A DNA stretch of 64,000 nucleotides from Albugo candida (Eukaryota). Below are positions 62,555 to 64,000 of this stretch, piece by piece. How positions within the stretch are numbered: position 1 is the first letter of the stretch; each line of letters opens with the position of its first letter. The stretch spans positions 62,001-126,000 of the forward strand of contig JBDOQK010000029.1 in assembly GCA_040437565.1 (NCBI GenBank). Reading direction: 5' to 3'. The notes under the pieces are model-generated. The model did no database searches. It was given only the letters and a program-made list of their open reading frames with translations, and was not told the origin of the DNA. The position numbers and the translations under genes were made by a program.

Positions 62555-64000
62555 GTGTTGCCGCTTGACTCAATTGCAACTGAACAGCTACTTAATACAC
62601 CGACAAACTCCAAACTTCTCGCATCATTGCGTAATGACGTGATGGGGTCCTTGAAAAGATGCGCTCGAAGTTCAACAAATATCGCTATTTCGTATGACGT
62701 AATGGGTTCATTGCGAAGATGCGCTTGATGTCCATGAGACGTCGCTATCTGATTGTAGTTGGTGATCCAAGCTGCTTGAGTTCCAATCCGACACGAAGTC
62801 CCGCTTCGTCGCTCTTCCGGTTTCCATTTGAAATCCCATCTAGGTGCATTTGCAGAAGATCCTTGCTGTACTCAGAATCCTTAAGCTTCAGTTCTATCAT
62901 GTTCACCTGCATTCTCAACGACGTGATGAGGCCATTTTTGGGATGCATTTTCTGTCCATGAAATTCCACTCCTTGGTCGCACTCGATATTTTGAGTGGCT
63001 TCGGCTGAAAACCGCATCTGTTGGATTGAACTCTTTGCCCGCTTTGATCGCATCCAAGAACGCGAACTGATTGTTCATAAAATCCTTAAAGTCTTCAAGC
63101 ATCGACCTCGACTTGACGACCTTTATTTGAAGCTCCATGTTTTCCTTCAACACTTCCTTGATTTATCCTCTATCGGTACAAGCGCTCCGTCGAGTTGCTT
63201 TAGTTTCCTGTGGCCGTTGTTTGAGCTCCAGTTGAGACAAAAGTCTTGGGGTCCACGCGTCTTCTACAGATTGGCCAGTTTTGTTTGCTGCGTTTCCATG
63301 AAAACCTCAAGTTCCTGGATCATTGTCTTTGACCATAGAAAATCCAACTTTGGCTCATCGTGTTGGTCCGTAAGCTGCTTTAACTGAATTTCATCATCTT
63401 CTTGCACCTTCATCGCATTGTCCAGCTTGCGTTGACACATAATGTTGCGTTTTCGACTAGCCCTCAACCTCTTTTCGAGTTCTTCGACAGCCGTCTTGTG
63501 CTTGAACACTTGTTCAATGGCACCTTGAAGCTGAGGCGTTTTATCAATCAATGTGCGAGGCAGCTGCGGATTATATTTCTTCAAACGCGGATTTTTATAC
63601 GGACGCTCTTGCGTTGCCATAGTTGGTCATGGATGGGTGACGTAGTCACGGGTGGTCGCTGATGCCACATCCACAGCCGCAACCATACTACGGAGGGAAT
63701 CAGTGCCACGAGTCATCACCGGAGATGCTCGTCTTGTTGCAGAAACCTGTACTGGATTTTTCCCACGAACGCGAGCCAGGGCGACGTTCGTCCAGTGGAA
63801 TCTGTCCGCGTTGCAGTTGTCCTCGAGACGCGAGCCGTGGTCGATGCCGTTTCAGGTCGTTGTGTGCTCGCACGCTTTTCGTGTCGTTGTTAATGTTGGT
63901 ACTGGAGTTGGTCGAGCCGCTTTGTTTGCTATCGTGTTGATGTTTGCGTAGACGTCTCCGTTCCATCCGCTCGTAGCACATATCCACCGACGATAAGCTT
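62555..64000 (-). pseudogene. Fragmented coiled-coil protein gene relic
   Basis: Consecutive minus-strand ORF pieces (63700-63987, 63264-63620, 62881-63153, 62745-63053) with charged coiled-coil composition, broken by stops and frameshifts. Confidence 0.5.
62632..62748. repeat. Two-copy ~60-bp degenerate tandem repeat
   Basis: atgacgtgatggggtccttgaaaagatgcgctcgaag..tcgctat versus atgacgtaatgggttcattgcgaagatgcgcttgatg..tcgctat. Confidence 0.7.

Overview
Eukaryotic, intron-containing genomic DNA. The gene content (M96-like protein, flagellar genes BBS2, DRC7 and dynein), short ~50-60 nt GT-AG introns and very tight gene spacing suggest an oomycete, most plausibly Albugo-like (inference, no search run). 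The window has three parts. (1) 1-15 kb is repeat and pseudogene rich: two diverged, decayed class I DAHP synthase copies, a diverged ~2-2.5 kb duplicated block ending in an AT-rich ~100-bp minisatellite, an orphan ORF, and a full-length but decayed Ty1/copia LTR element with a half-tRNA-Met primer site and AATTG target duplication. (2) 15-59.5 kb is a compact housekeeping block: DNA pol lambda 3' end, M96-like gene, TRMT2A, HSPA14-like Hsp70, JmjC ribosomal oxygenase, gamma-COP, EI24, importin-4, BBS2, a hidden 3-exon small gene, Sec31, TopBP1-like BRCT protein, Cdc25/ACR2 rhodanese, EIF1AD, a GRAM-VASt lipid transfer protein, DRC7 and a motor-less dynein heavy chain N-terminus. (3) 59.5-64 kb holds transposon and pseudogene debris, including a TIR element with Ulp1-protease remnants. 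There are eight 100-N gaps. Six are flanked by exact direct duplications that are best explained as assembly artefacts. I found no convincing new multi-gene system. The best leads are unusual domain architectures (beta-propeller-like insert in TRMT2A, tandem F-BAR-like plus GRAM-VASt), the truncated dynein, the Ulp1-carrying TIR element and the DAHP synthase relics.
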